Source: Paraspadella gotoi (Eukaryota > Animalia > Chaetognatha). From it: DNA of 64,000 bases. The notes under the pieces were generated by a model. The model was not told the origin of the DNA. It was given only the letters and a program-made list of their open reading frames with translations, and ran no database searches. The translations under genes and the position numbers were made by a program. The stretch lies in contig CM119264.1 of the NCBI GenBank assembly GCA_051294375.1, forward strand, positions 12,216,263-12,280,262. The letters run 5' to 3'. Shown here piece after piece: positions 42,628 to 61,770 of the stretch (position 1 is its first letter; every line of letters starts with the position of its first letter).

Positions 42628-43244
42628 TTTGATCACCTTTTCTTGAGCGTTTTCATGATTACATTTTATTAAGAACCTAAAATAAAATCGAAAGTAAATA
42701 AAATAATAGATGAGATAAAAACTACTAATTGGTATCTTAAACAAATATTTAAAAATAAAATAATACAAAAACAGTATAAACATTTGTGGCTTTTTGTGAC
42801 ATTGTTTTTTGTAAAGTGAGAATCATAATGTAATATTATTGAAATGTAAACACTGGTATGGTAAATCGTGAAAAAAGCATTCACTATACAAAAACCAGAC
42901 GTGAAAAAGCTCAGAACAGTAGATTTATATAGCAGGCACTCTCTGGAATAAAGACCAACATATTAAAAATACGTCGAACGAATAAGGTTATTTAACTTTT
43001 GTACTCATATAAAAGACAATATTTTTGTGTCTAAAAACAGACAGCCAAAGGTAGATTTAATTACCATGTATGCTAATATCTTTCACCCTAAACAATAATA
43101 AAATGTAGAAAATGCCAATCTTTAAAAAAGCGATTCCAAAAGAATATAAAAATATACCGCGCATACGATTCCTTTAAAAGATTTGGTTAAGTATTAATTA
43201 AAATAAACGAGATATGCTTACTAACGAGAAAAAACGTCGAAATC

Positions 43245-46200
43245 TTAAGAATTTCGAATTTCAGTCGCGAGTGGTTCGTCCAATTTAGATTCAACAGCGT
43301 CTGCCGGCAAAAATTCTGCCTTAGCTGACATATTATCTACCCCTTGCGTTGTCTCGGAAGACGATCCAGCGACAGAAGGTGACGAGGCTTTATTGAAGTA
43401 ATTAAGAAGCGTTCGTTGGGGAGTCTTTATTGCGGAGACCTCGGGGCCTTTCGCAACTTCCGCGGGAAGAGTTTGGAAATCCCATTGGTGAGGAACGGGT
43501 AGTTTTTCTAACAAGTCGTATTTTTTCTGTTCGTTACGAAAATGAGCCGTGAGATAATGAAACAGCAGTTATTCAAATCGACATAAGATTTAGCTTACTT
43601 GAATTTCTTCGTTGACAAGCCACATGCCGTTGTTGTATTCGGCAATGTTTTTTATCGTCAGTTCAAGCTGACGGTTGGAAATATCATTTTGATCCGACCC
43701 CGGAGTAACAGGCGTTGCTTCTAATTAAAAGCGAGAAAAGGAATTGGTCTCGTACGTCAATTTTTTCAACGAGGTCAGACAACATACCGGCATCTTTGTT
43801 TTCAGACAGGGCATACAGCTTTTCCGAGGTCAGCGAGGGTTTCATTTTCCAAAATTTTTTAAATTCTTTAATCATTTTGTTGATGCCGATAGATGAGCCG
43901 TGTACCAAGCGCAAAAGATCCGGAAAAGCTTCTTCTGGCACCGCCTGACGCTGTTAAATTTCAATATTTAGCCAAGAGCAAAGTTGAATTAACAAATAAA
44001 AAAATAAACCTGGCTGCGCTTCTGGTTGACGCTACTCTGCGACTGGTTACTCTCCTCCGCTGTTTTCGACTGGGGAGTCTTTGGGGGATTGCTCAATTGA
44101 GTGGCGACGGGAAATTGAGCCGGGGGAATGACTATGGCTCGATAAGATGTCAACTGATTCAGTTCTTGAAGCCCAATATTGAGAGTTTTTGCGACATTCT
44201 GGGAAATGGTGGGTAAAAAATAAGGATTAAAGGCAAACCGTGAAATATATATATATAATAATTTGCACCTTGTCGAATGACTGTTCTTCGATGCTTCCTT
44301 CCACGCCAAGGGATGACCAAAGAACGCCGATGCATCGTGGAATCAATCTGGTGATTTTTCTCGTTTTTCTTTCAACTTCGAAAGCTTTCGCCTTTGAAAA
44401 GTTAAAAAAAATTTTAATCGAGTCTTTTAAAAGACTTAGTATTCATAACAAGATTTTATGTTTTTAAAACATACATGCTATTAGGCCTGTGTACCTTGAC
44501 TTCTTGTTCCGCCTTTCTAGCGGCCGGGTCCAATTTATTTTCAGGAATTTTAGCTTTTTCTTTCTTGACTTTCTTCTTGTGCTTCACGAAAATGAATAAA
44601 TGTTTTAGATGGAAAAATATTAAGCACGACCATTGACCAAACTGACTCAGTTATTACCTCCGAAAGTTTATCATTATCATGGTCATTTTCATCGTCTTCG
44701 TCGTCCGATTCGGCGGCGCTCTCAGCACCTTCTCCATCACTGAGGTATCCGTGAGGAACGAAAAAGGGATCCTCCTCCTGCTCCTCCACCTCCTCTTCGT
44801 CGTCCCCTTCCCCGTCGCTTTGTTTCTCAAGATCCTCTCCCGGTTCTTCCTCTTCCCATTCGTCGTCCGAATCCACCTCGTAGTCGACCATGTCCTCGTC
44901 CATTTTCAATGGGTTTCTTTAATTTTAAAAATGTTCAGGTGTAATTTATTAGTATATGAAAGCATTTTTTTCAAAGTACGTAGTAAAACTTGACTTATGC
45001 TACTCATCAAATGCTTACTAGCATTCTTACATACCTTGCAGAGATCATTTTCGACTTTTTTCTAAATGTTCCAAAATAGGCCGGACGGTTGTTTTCATGA
45101 AAACGTAGAAATTTTGCCTTACAGTGAATAGCCGTGGGATTGGAAGAATCAAAGCCTTTTAAAGCCTAAAAACAATAATAAAAATGATTGAAAAATGATC
45201 GGAGACAATAATGGTTAAACCAGAAAAAAAAATACTACAGTATAATCTTTCTCTTTAGAGATGAAACGAAAAATTCGTTGTAAAAAAAATTTTGGTCTAT
45301 TGAATTCACTTGCTGACGAAGACTCGTAACACTAAGAGTCGAAACATGTACAATAATAAAAATAAAAATTGCTATTACAACGAATTTTTCGGTTCATCTC
45401 TAAACTATTTTAAATAGCAAAAAAGAAAGTCAAAATACAAAATCTTTCTCTTAAAAAACCTACTTGGTGAGCGGATTGGGCTTCTTTGTATTCAGTGCCC
45501 GGCAGGCATGTTGCTCGCCCCTTGGACGGTTTTTTTGTGGCGCGAACTTCTCTCCAGTTTCCCGTGTAAAGTTTTGAAGGAGAAAGAGTTTCCCCAGAAT
45601 TAATAACTTGATCTAGACAATCACGATTCACATCGACTGGATCTTTCCGGTATAGCGGAGCCAAGACCATGTGTTCTCGTACCTTTGGCAATTATATAAC
45701 GGATTACAGCGATATTAAAAAACATAGATATTACCAAAATTAAAATACCTGGAAAGGTATGCCAAACTGACTCCGGGGACTTTCCACGTTTTCGCTTTTA
45801 AGCGGCTTGTCCTTTTTTGTTAAGAAGCTCGCAAGCGCTTTGGCTTGCTTTTCTTTTAACATCAACTTCTCTTGCTCTTTTTTGTGTTTCTCCTCATCCT
45901 GCAAACGTTTTTCTTCTTCTTTCCTCCGCTTTTCTTCGAGCTTTTCCTCTTCCTTTTTCCGTCTTTCTTCCTCCTTTTTCAACTTCTCTGCTTCTTGTTC
46001 TTCAAGTTTTCTTTTTCTTTCTTCCTCCTTCTTAATTCTAGCCTCCTCCTTTTCTTTCTCCAGTCTCTCTTTTTCTTGTTGCTTTGCTTTGAGTTTTTCC
46101 TCCTTTTCCTTGAGCTTTTCCGCTTTTATTCTCTCCTTCTCTGCTTCTTTTTCTTTCTTTAATCGATCTCTTTCTTCTTGCTTTTTCTGCTTTTCTTCTT

Positions 46201-47444
46201 CTTTAACTCGTTGTTTAGGAGTCAACGTTTTAGGTCTCTGATTAAAAAGGGGAACATCTCAGTGTTTCTAGTTGCGACGCAAGTACTCGCGGAGCAACTC
46301 TATAAGTCACTTTTCGGTCGGTCTGTCTGTCGGTCTGTTCCACTTACATTGAAAATGCACATTATTTGTTTATAATTAATTGCTCATTTGTTAAGACATA
46401 AAAAAATCTTAAATCTAAGGGACCGCTGGCGCCGCCTTCAGGAAATATTAAAACTATAAATAATAAGACGAAATTCCGATGCAGTGCGTGTCATAAAGTT
46501 ATTGTAGTCATGTCATGTCTCAAGAAATACACGTAAAAATAAAGTCACTGCTGCGCAACACATTGGATTTACCGTTCTTGTTAAAAATTCAATTCGTCAA
46601 ACTTACCGATATAACCGCCTTGGGTGTAACTGGAGTCGCAGTAGGCTGCAATTTCTCTTCCGCAGATTCAATTTCCATGACTTCATTTTTGTCGTCAGCG
46701 GAACGAAGCGGGGAAGCTTCTCTGTCGCCTTCAGCTTCTTCCGACGGCGATTCCGAACTATGATCGTCGGTCAACTCTAAGTCTTTCGTCTCCGATCTTT
46801 CGTCGGAATTCTCTTCAGTCGATGCCGTTGTTGAAACTTCCGCCTACAGCACAATAACTTAATAGATTAATAGATTCTCATTACTTCAAAATTTCCATTT
46901 AATTTTAAGTATCAACCTGCTGAGTTGTTCGCACAAATCCATCCAAAGTGGCCCTAAGGGGAGTCTTTGTCGTGGATGACTCTAGGGGCTCCTTTTCAGC
47001 GAAATGACTCTCCACCGCCTCGGAGGAGGAAGACACCTCGGGATCGCATTCGACAGTCTCAGTAATTTTGGGCGTCTTTAAAGCTTTTCCGTTGTTGGTC
47101 AGCGGCGATGTATCCGCCGACAACTTCCGCTTTTTTGATTGAGGCTGAGACGCTAAAAAAGTTCACGGTTAATACGAATAACGCCTTGATGGGGACTAGG
47201 GTTTCAATATAACGTAAGAACGGCTACCTGGGAGTGCGGGGGCTTTCATGAAGTTAAGAACCGAAGGCGTATCAGTTTTGGGGCTTTTAAGGGCAGAAAG
47301 GCTGGAAGCGTCGTCGAAGGGTTTATTTTCATCGTTCTCTTCGAAGGTTGACGGAGATTCTGATCGTTTGACCTCAGAAGAAACGTGAATCTTCGAATTT
47401 TGAAAAAAATTCACCAACGACGATTGAGTAAATTTCTTTGCCAT
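43245..47444 (-). CDS. CHAF1A: Chromatin assembly factor 1 subunit A (p150), multi-exon
   Basis: N-terminal PIP-like QSSLVNFF; KER coiled coil (45740-46225); KAKFLRFHENNRPAYFGTF; DYEVDSDDEWEEEEPGEDL; FFVPHGYLSDGEG; PEEAFPDLLRLVHGS. Confidence 0.95.
45254..45404 (+). mobile_element. Inverted-repeat element with a minimal hammerhead ribozyme motif in a CHAF1A intron
   Basis: 30-bp arms at 45254-45283 and 45375-45404 with 1 mismatch. Core: TTG-CTGACGA(45313-45319)-A-GACTC-loop-GAGTC-GAAA-CATGTA(45350)-CAA. Confidence 0.75.
46266..46492 (+). mobile_element. Short interspersed element with Helentron/HINE-like layout, copy 2 (CHAF1A intron)
   Basis: 5' palindrome AGTTGCGACGCAAGTACTCGCGGAGCAACT, a GTCG/GTCT microsatellite and a 3' end CCGATGCAGTGCGTGTC, all shared with 34980-35290. 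Confidence 0.65.
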
Positions 47445-47520
47445 TTTGAAACTGCAAGGAAAAACGGAGGAACGGTTTTTAAATGATTTCGGGACGACCA
47501 TTTACCAAAACTAGTGCCAA

Positions 47521-47528
47521 GCGCGAAA
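47521..47528 (-). promoter_or_regulatory. Putative E2F site upstream of CHAF1A
   Basis: TTTCGCGC on the minus strand, about 80 bp upstream of the CHAF1A ATG. Confidence 0.45.
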
Positions 47529-48583
47529 GTTAAATTGAGGAAGAAAAAATTAAAATGAGAACTGTAGAAAAATTAAAGACGTCGATGAACAAATCGAGAG
47601 CATCAATCGTTTTTGGCAGAATGAGAAAAACAAAAAGAAGCGAAAAATAACTGAAGAGAAAAAAAGAAAGCGAGGGACTTCGGCGACCATGCGGGGCTGT
47701 GACAGGGGCGAGGGGCAAGCCCAGGGCGCCACGCTGCTGCTCGATCAGCCTCGTAGCAGCGAAGGGAGGCCGGGCGCAGCGGAGCGGCGGCGGAGTCGGG
47801 TGCGATGCTGCAGAGGCTGCGGCGGCGGCAGAGTCGGGGGCGCTGCTGCGGAGGCTGCGGTACCAAAGGAAGGAAAGCCACGCGGAGAAAGCGGAGGAAG
47901 CCAAGAAACAGTTTTCGCTCGCTTTCATTTGGAAGAAACAAAAGACCGGAGTGACGTTGAAAATAATTAATAGAATTAGAAATAAAGCAAGCTGAAAAAT
48001 GTTTTAAATATTTAAACATTTATTGTTTCATATATCATTCATAATTTACGAATGACATAGTCTTTTGGTATAGATAATTGTTGGCGTTACTGTACTGTGC
48101 ATTGAAGACGAATAGCGTCGTTAGCTGTGTACGAAATTCATGAGTGTGGTTTGATTTCTAAACATGGCTACCGAAAAACAGAAGAGGCGTCTCGCACTGA
48201 ATTGAAGATAAATACCCAAGCTAAATACACATGGTCAATAGTCAATGGAACGGTCTGATTTGGCGCTGCATTTGGTTGTAATTTATTAATAATTTAACTT
48301 GACTATATAATATATATTCTTTCAATAACTTTCAGGTTTGGTTCTAAAAGATGAGGTCATGTTGTGAAAGATTCAACGTTTTCATTTCGAATTCAACCAA
48401 ATTCGACTGAAATAAATAAGTCAAAAATTGTACAAAAATTTGAATTCACGCAATCTTCTAACACAAAAGAGTAAAACAACAACTCAGGGAATGAACATGA
48501 GAATAAGTTAGCTGTACCGCAGAAGTGTACTCGTGGAATACATAGCGGCTATGAAAAAATCTTTTTTTAATGTCTCGGCAGCG

Positions 48584-53551
<4,968 letters not shown>

Positions 53552-54796
53552 TTTTTCGATGGGAATTAAAAAAATTCGGTGAGAGATAAAAAGCTTGGTT
53601 TCGCTGTCCGTATTTTTGAATGTTAATGTAACCGCGCAGATATATCTTTTTTTATTTTAAGAAATACTGAGAATTTTTTCATCAATTATGTTTCTTTTGA
53701 GTTTTTCCAAGAACTCACTTTTTTTAGGCTTCACACAATCCGGCAAAGTTTATATACAAGCTCGTTGGCTTCTTTAACCGTAATCCCAGTGAGTGACAAG
53801 TTCGTGAAAACCGCGTCCAACTCTCCGAATCTCCGATTGGTTGCTTTCTATCTGATTCTCAGTCTCCCATTGGTCCAGACGTTCCTCAACGCGCGAATCC
53901 TACGAAAATGAAAAAAAAAAAGGTTTCGCGTTGGATTTTGCGGTTTTCATCTTCAATACAGAATATTCGAGAGATGCGTGGAAAACGAAGTCAAACGATC
54001 ACAGCTTAGTATGATAATCGCCGATTAATATCATTAATCAAACGAGAATTTGAAGGTTGAAAAAAAAAATGAAGGCTAGAAAAATAAACCTCATCCTCTC
54101 GATGAGCAGATTCGTTTCCTCATCTTCCTGGGATTTCGATTTTTTTTTTTCAGATCAAAGCCTTTATGGATGGATGAAGGGACGGACGGACAGTTTTAAT
54201 ACTGGCCCAGAGAGTTTGGAGCGGAACCTCGAAGTATTTCCGCCTACGCCCACTCGAGTATCGTTCCCTTCATCTTCTTTTTCCCTTTTGATCGAATATT
54301 TGTTTATTTCCGATTTTTGACCTTTGAAGATTCGTGAAGCCCGACCGAGGAATGGGAACGGAGCGATCTCGTTTTGTTGTTGGATACATTTTTTTGAAAG
54401 GTAGGCATCGGAACGAAAGAGAAGTTGTGTAAAACAACTAAACGAAATAAATACAAAGAAATAACCAAACGGAAATTAAATTATTTTTTTTTTAATATTC
54501 GAGAATACGAGAATGAGTTCGTTGGTTTTTCGGTGACCTTTTAGTCGCCAGTGTTTACATAATCAATTCGAAGGACGATAACAGTTGCCAAGGTTAATGG
54601 TATAATTTTTCTTTCATATTAACTCACAATGTTTTCTCTAAAGCAAGGATTAACTCCGACCCTTTCCTCGTTTTTCAGCGAAATCGAGAATATTTAATCG
54701 AAGGCCTTTTAACTTTCGAACACTTGTTCTTTTTGCTCGAACGGTGGACCGTCATTTCCTGCCTCGATTCTTGCGCAATGATTAAACTTGTTTCTC

Positions 54797-54800
<4 letters not shown>

Positions 54801-54866
<66 letters not shown>
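54801..54866. repeat. (CT)n microsatellite
   Basis: Directly visible. Confidence 0.98.
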
Positions 54867-54869
<3 letters not shown>

Positions 54870-56477
54870 CCCTCCATTCGTTTCCTCAAAATAATATTTG
54901 AAAGGGAATGATTTTTGTTTCCCGAATAAAATCGAAGAAATCGATGATTCATTTCACGACCACTTATGGAACAAAGATCTTCCTCGACGCCGTCATCGTC
55001 TTCATCATTGGCGGGAAATTCCGCTTCGGTTCATCGGAGGAAGTAGAAATAATGCACTAAAATAATCCTGAAATTTTAGAAATCATTAAAATAAATTAGA
55101 AATCTGGATTAATGAAGTCAATCATCCCACCCAAATCCTCACAGCGAGTCTTCCAACGTGATTTGCGACAAATTCAATGAATTCCCGACTTTTCGCCCCC
55201 AGGGGCTCCTGCTGTTGTTGTTGTTGTCGTTATAGTCGTCGTCTGTCGTTAATTACTTTTTAACGACGCGGCAATTACGGTGGGCGGGAATGAAAAAGAT
55301 TAACGGTTGGCGCGAAAGAACAAGAGGAATTCTCTGTGGGCGCGAATGTTGAGGAATTTCGCGTTGGGCGCGAAGGACGGAGTCTCTCCACGCGGGCGGA
55401 TGCTTCGAATTCTTTGCGGTCAACGGCGGTGTCGACGGTGTCGACGGTCGACACCATCGCGACCACTTGCCCCTCATCATCCATGAGCAAACAGGGTCCG
55501 CAGTTAACTTGTATCTGTAAGAGATGATTATTTACCCTCTTATATATCTCTTTTTTGTTATTTTTTTTTTCTTAGCAATACGTCAGATGGTTAAATTATT
55601 AAATTAATACAACATAATTGTACGCTGTTTTAGTTTTGTAGACTTAAAAAGCTCTATCGCCAAAGAGCACCACCATTTTCCCAAATCTTTTCCTAAGTAT
55701 TAAAATACATTCATTTAAGTTTATACTAATTTATCATTATTCACATTATATTTACTCATACTATCGTCACGAAAACCATTCAAACTTCGCCACTCAATCT
55801 ATTTGACAAAAATTTTTTTTCCTTTCTTCAAGATCCATCTTGGCGTTTTTCCCGCCAAAACCATTCTCCTTCCCGCTACGAATCCATTAACTTCTACGAA
55901 TCTCCATAAACCACAAACGCGCCGAGTACGCGCGACCGGAAACCCCGAGGGCCGAGGTCTTCCCGAGCCGAGGCGCCGAAGTCGTCGCGGAGTCGATTGA
56001 ATTAAAAATGGAGGAGTGAGGGATTAAATTAAAAGAATGAAAAAAAAAATTGAAAAAAACGATGAATGTGTGAAAGAATGTGACAATAAAAAGAGAATTA
56101 TTTACAAATTATACAATTTACGAATAGAAATTTAAAAAAGCAAATAAAAGCACATCGTTAAAGAATTAATGAGCTGACGAAAAATTTAAAAATGCAAGAA
56201 TGAAAACGATTCGGAAAACGCCGAAAAATAAACCCCCCAAAAGAAAAGGAAAAAGGGAAAAAAAGGGTTAGTAAAAAAGGGGAAAAAAAAGAAAGACGAC
56301 CTCGAATCGGAAAACGAATTCATTTCACGTATTTCGAGGAATGTGAGGCGACGCTAACTACATCGTAACTCGCGGAAATCTGTGAAAGGGTTTGAAAGGT
56401 GAAAGAGTCGGAATAGAGAGACGGACCATCTTTTTCCGAGGAAACGAAGGGGGCCGCATTCTTTTTTCTCATCCACA

Positions 56478-56741
<264 letters not shown>

Positions 56742-57735
56742 GAAAAGAACTAATTGATCTCGACTTCTTCCGATGACGTCATCGATTCGCTTCCGATTCG
56801 TGACGTAATAGAAATATTCTCAACTCGGCCAAATAAGGAAAAAAAAAAGAGTTCTCCCTCAATAAAAAAATAATAAATAAAAGAAGATTCCAAATAAGGA
56901 AATAAGAAAAAAAAAAGATTTGAGGAAGAGAGAATATTTTTTTTCCCGGGATCGAATTCTCATCCGAGCGACGCGGGATCGACGACGGAAGAAGAACAGG
57001 AGAGAGAAGCGCCCCCTGAGATAAGGGGGGGGCTAGAGGCGCCGTGGGGTGCTGGTTTTGAAAGTTTAGACGCAGAGAGGGTGGAGGTTAAGAGGATGAG
57101 AGGTTTTGGAGTTATCATGTAGAACATTTGAGATGAGGGGTTCACCTCTTCGTCAGTTAAAGATTCTCTCGTTGTGTCCTTTGATAAAAAGTCCAGATTT
57201 TTCATATTACGTCTTTTTTAACGTTTAGTACAATGGTTTGATAATAAATAGATTAAGAAGTAATCCCTTTTTTTTCAACTTAGAGTAGAAGATAGGGTCA
57301 TATTGTTAAATCTTAACCTAACACAACAGCGGTGGTGAAATTTCGAGAGGGAGAGATAAGGGCAGTTGCTTCTAATCAAGAAGCAGTTTTTCACAAAAGA
57401 AAAAAAAAAAAAAAGAAACGAAAGGACTGGAATATAAATTGTTGTTGGGAGTGGATAAGAGACAAGGAGAGATGGATGCCACAGAGCCGCGACGAGGATC
57501 CCTCGATTTAAAAAAAAAAAAGGAGGGCGCAGATTGAAAGCGAGACTTCGCTGGGGATCGAAACTCGAGACGAAAAGAATTCGCGGGAGGTTTGCTCCCT
57601 GTTTCTGATTTAAAACAACTCCCCCCTCCGCAAAAATAAAGAAAGGGGGAAGAACGTTTGCTTTTCTTGTCCGATATATTTTGTTTATTTTCATATTATT
57701 ATTTTTTTCTAATAGTAACCACGGCCCACGTACAT

Positions 57736-60641
57736 TCATTGGCAAAGTTCGCACGAATAGTTGCAGTATGCGTACATGAACTTCGGGTCGGAGTTGCACT
57801 TTCCTTCGTTGGCGAACTCCGGGCAGAAAACTTCCTTGTCGCCGCAGTTTTTGCAGTATCCGCAAGATTTGGGACAAGAAGACGCGATATCGGATGACAT
57901 GCAGGCCGCCTCTGTTGGAGGCGAGTGGGAGGTATGAAGGGGAAGAGAGAAAAGATGAAATAGCTAGAGAAAGACAGATTAGATGACAAAAAAGTAAAGA
58001 GCGTAACCCGCTAAACTCATAACGTTAACATTTTCCAAGCAGAGTTAACGCCACTTAACTGTTAGCAAACCAAGAGCAACCCGAGGAACTGTCCTTGCAC
58101 TTGGGACCTGGAACCCCCTTAATGTGGACGGTCGGGCGAGTGGGCGGAACGAACGGCGGGATGGCTGACCCGTCGTCCGGAATCGCATCCTTCCCCAGCA
58201 TCGCCTTAAATTTGGCGCAGACGCCGCAAGTCTCGGCGCACCTGAAGGTGGAGTAAAAGGGAAAAGGTAAGAAAGGATGCTTGAAGTTAAACTCGCGATT
58301 TAGAGGTGTAAATCTTACTTCATACTGGCAATACTAATGGCTAATTCTAATACTAATGCTAATACTAATGCTGCTTTTATTTCAAGTGATACGACATTCT
58401 CAGAAAACGTACATTCGTTGAGTGTACTCGAATTTTCCGCACATTCCTCTCGACTTGAAGTCGCGGCAGACCTCGTCGTTTTGGTAATCCCGGCACGGCT
58501 TCTTCGGACACGGTTCGCTCGGACACTGGCACGCGCACTTGTGATTCACGTAACACGGAGCCTGATCAGTGACCACATAAAGGGCGAGGATGGAACAATC
58601 TCGGGAGTGGTTCACTTGTTTTTCTTGTTTGTTTTTTTTGTTGCTACTGCAACAGCCAAAACAACAACAACAACAATGTGACGACCTTGCACTTGACGTT
58701 GGACGAGCAATGGGCGTTGCACTTGTACATCAGGTTGATGATCTGCGCATCGTGAAAGGAGAGACGCTTTCTCGAATTGGGTTTTCCGATTGTGAATTGA
58801 TAGTTGGGATTCTTCGTCAACATCGTTGGTCGCGAGATTTGATATTTGGAGAACGAGTAAGGGCCGTAGTGCATGACAGAGCAGTAGTCGTAAGGCATCT
58901 GGTTAGTAAGTATGGTAGTAAAAATTTGGTACGAAATTCCGATCAAGAATGATTTTTTTCGGGAAAAGTCAGAAGGCGGCGTTATAAAAACGGTTGTCAA
59001 GCTTACCCCAAAAGTAGTAGTGTTTTTATCTAGTACGAAATTGTGTCGGTGAGACTCGAAGGTGTTCTCCATGATGACCTTGAGATATTTGTCCCGATCA
59101 ATGCGTTGATGTTCGTGGGCCAATCCTGTGGGGGTGTAATATAAAGAGAAAGAAAATCATTTAAAAAACTGCACTGACAAATCTCATAGTATTTCTTCCT
59201 ACATCGTGTTTTCCATGTTTAAATAACTGTGATTCTGGATTTAAATTGTTCCGAACGAAAACCGTATTTAAAAAAACATATTTACGACTCTCAAAACTAA
59301 AAACTAAGTTACAAGTAGTGGGTTTTTAAAAAAAAACACTCAACGGGAAGCAAAGTAGAAAGTTTGGCAAGCTTAAAAAAATAGATAGGGGAGCCGACGA
59401 AACGGGACGAAGGCAAACAAGTCTTTTCAAAATGGAACCGAGGAAATTTACAGAGAATGTAAGGACCAAGGAACTTACCCAAGGCATGACCCAATTCGTG
59501 TAGGGAAGTCCCGTGCGTGGCACAACCTCCTTTAACGGACAAACTCACCCAGGAGTTGTATCGATCATAACCGATGTGCGAGCTGCAGCCTCGACCTGCC
59601 GAAAAAAAAAGAAGTTATGAGAAACATCAGTGTAAGTTTGAATCAATATTCTATATACATCGATGTTTTTTCTCACCCGCTCCGTTAATGCGAATATAGT
59701 AAGGATGACCTGCTTCCTTGTGCAAAGTGCTCCCTGAGAGTGGATCAAGACTAAAGTTATAACATGAAAGACGAAGAAGTAAAAGTCCCCCCCAAAAAAA
59801 CCTCTTGGTGTGAAACGGACACAAGTCTTCTCCATCCATTCTTTCATCGCCGAGTAGACGTTTTTTTCATATTCTAATAAAAGTAAGACCCAAACAAGAT
59901 CAAACTGAAGATATTGACAAAGCTAAAATTTGAATTAAGAATTGATGTAAAGTAAAATAACCTCGGAAATCGCTCTCGAATTTGTACGGCACGATCGCCT
60001 TCGGCCATCTTTTGCCTGAAAACGTTAAAAAAATAAAATGATACATACATATTATGGGTACAATTGCGAATCATGCTTACTTTCTTTAATAAGGCCCGCT
60101 CCTGCAAATCCTTTGACGTCGAAGAAGCGGTGACGCTGATCGGCGGAGACGATGATGTCACCGTCAACAAGATCCTCGTCGTCTTGAGAAAGGGATCAAA
60201 AAAGTTTAAAAAGTAGAATTTTGTTTAATAATAAGATCAAAGCTATTAGACCACGATTTAAACGATCAAACAAAATGAGAATGAAAATGAAAATCTAAAT
60301 GAAAATCAAAATGAGAGAGCAAAAACTATACCTTTAATTCCAGGTTTTCCAGCGTCGATTTTCTCTGCGTCGGCGATGACTTCGTCGATGGTCTTATGTT
60401 CAATTTCGTCGGGGATGGAAATCAGCGCCAATATTTCCTCTGCTTCTAACGGCCTCGTCGAAAAAAAAAGAACAACGTGTGATACCTACTACGACGAGTT
60501 GCAATAAATAACTCACGCAAACCATACTTATTAGAGAGGATTGAACTGAAATTATTGTAATACTTTGTACCTAGAGCGACTTTGTAACGACGATGCAACC
60601 ATCGATAAGACCATTAGAGCGCAAACCAATTTTGCTTCCAT
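57736..60641 (-). CDS. Secreted astacin (M12A) zinc metalloprotease with C-terminal ShK domains, multi-exon
   Basis: Signal peptide MEAKLVCALMVLSMVASS; MKEWMEKTCVRF; GCSSHIG; GTSLHELGHALG|LAHEHQRIDRDKYL; Met-turn YDYCSVMHY; LSFHDAQIINLMYKC. ShK-like segments CRDYQNDEVC..CAETCGVC, CPKSCGYC and CGDKEVFCPEF..YCNYSCELCQ*. Confidence 0.93.
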
Positions 60642-61770
60642 CTTCGTCGATATTTAATTACTTTTCAAATTTCGTCAAAAACTCTTAAACTCTCGACCGA
60701 TGATTATTTCTTTCAAAGAGAAGAAGGCGAACTCGAACTAAAAAGAGCCCTTTTATTGTCTTATCTTTAAAAATGTTAGCTTATCGTTAGTTCGTTTTCA
60801 GAATAAAATGAAAGGCGTAATTGTGTAAAAAAAACTTGTTTGACAGTGAGACTTCATATCGCATTCAATCTAATTCCAATCAATCAGAATAAAAAAGGAA
60901 TACCTAGGTTTCTACTAATTAGAATTTTACAATGCGAGAATTATATAAGTTGTACCTATTTCATAAAAGAAAAAAAATTAAGAAATTTATCTCTCAGATA
61001 TAGAGACATAAAGATGCAAATGTATTATTATTGTGAGGCTTTAGCCTGAGCTTGACTTACTTTTAATAGTGTTTAAAAAAAAGGCTAATGTCATGCAAAA
61101 AGGTAGATTTTAACGTGAACCTTCCTTGATTTCTTCGGACTTTGCTTAACGAAACAAAATGACAGCGCGCATGACCTGTTACGAACGACAGCGCCACATC
61201 ACTTCCGGTGTAGCCGAGAGGCGTCTTATGTGCATTGTGCAATGATGCATCTAAAGCACGCGACGGTTTAGTTCCTTTCAGGGACCATATCAAAATATCT
61301 ACCATTGGGCATATTAAACATTATTAAATTAATCGGATCCTAAAAAAGATTTATTTATATAATTTTTTTAAACTTTTATATATTTTTTATAGTTTTAAAT
61401 TAATTAATAATATAACTTTTTTAACAATGCTTTATCTAAAGTGATCTTATAATATATTTTAATGACTTCTCGTTTGTACTTTTGAGTTGCAAGTCTAACT
61501 GAAAACTTATTATTTAAAGATTTTAAATAAAATTAAAATAGATATAAACTAATATTTTACATTTTTCATAAAAAATATCATTGTCCCAGAATTATTAATT
61601 CAAAATCGTTATCGTAACTGCAAGTGAATAGAGGGATGCACCCTTGGTGTAAAAATAGGTTAGCCGAAACGTTAGCAAATCGTAACCGAGCAATCATGGC
61701 CGCACAGTATAAAAATAAGTTTTTTTAATTCCTAATTTCCATAATTCGTAAGAAGAGTCAATAAAATAAT

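Noticed and set aside
45807-46241. Several + strand Phe/Ser/Leu-rich ORFs
   Set aside because: They are antisense to the CHAF1A KER coiled-coil exon.
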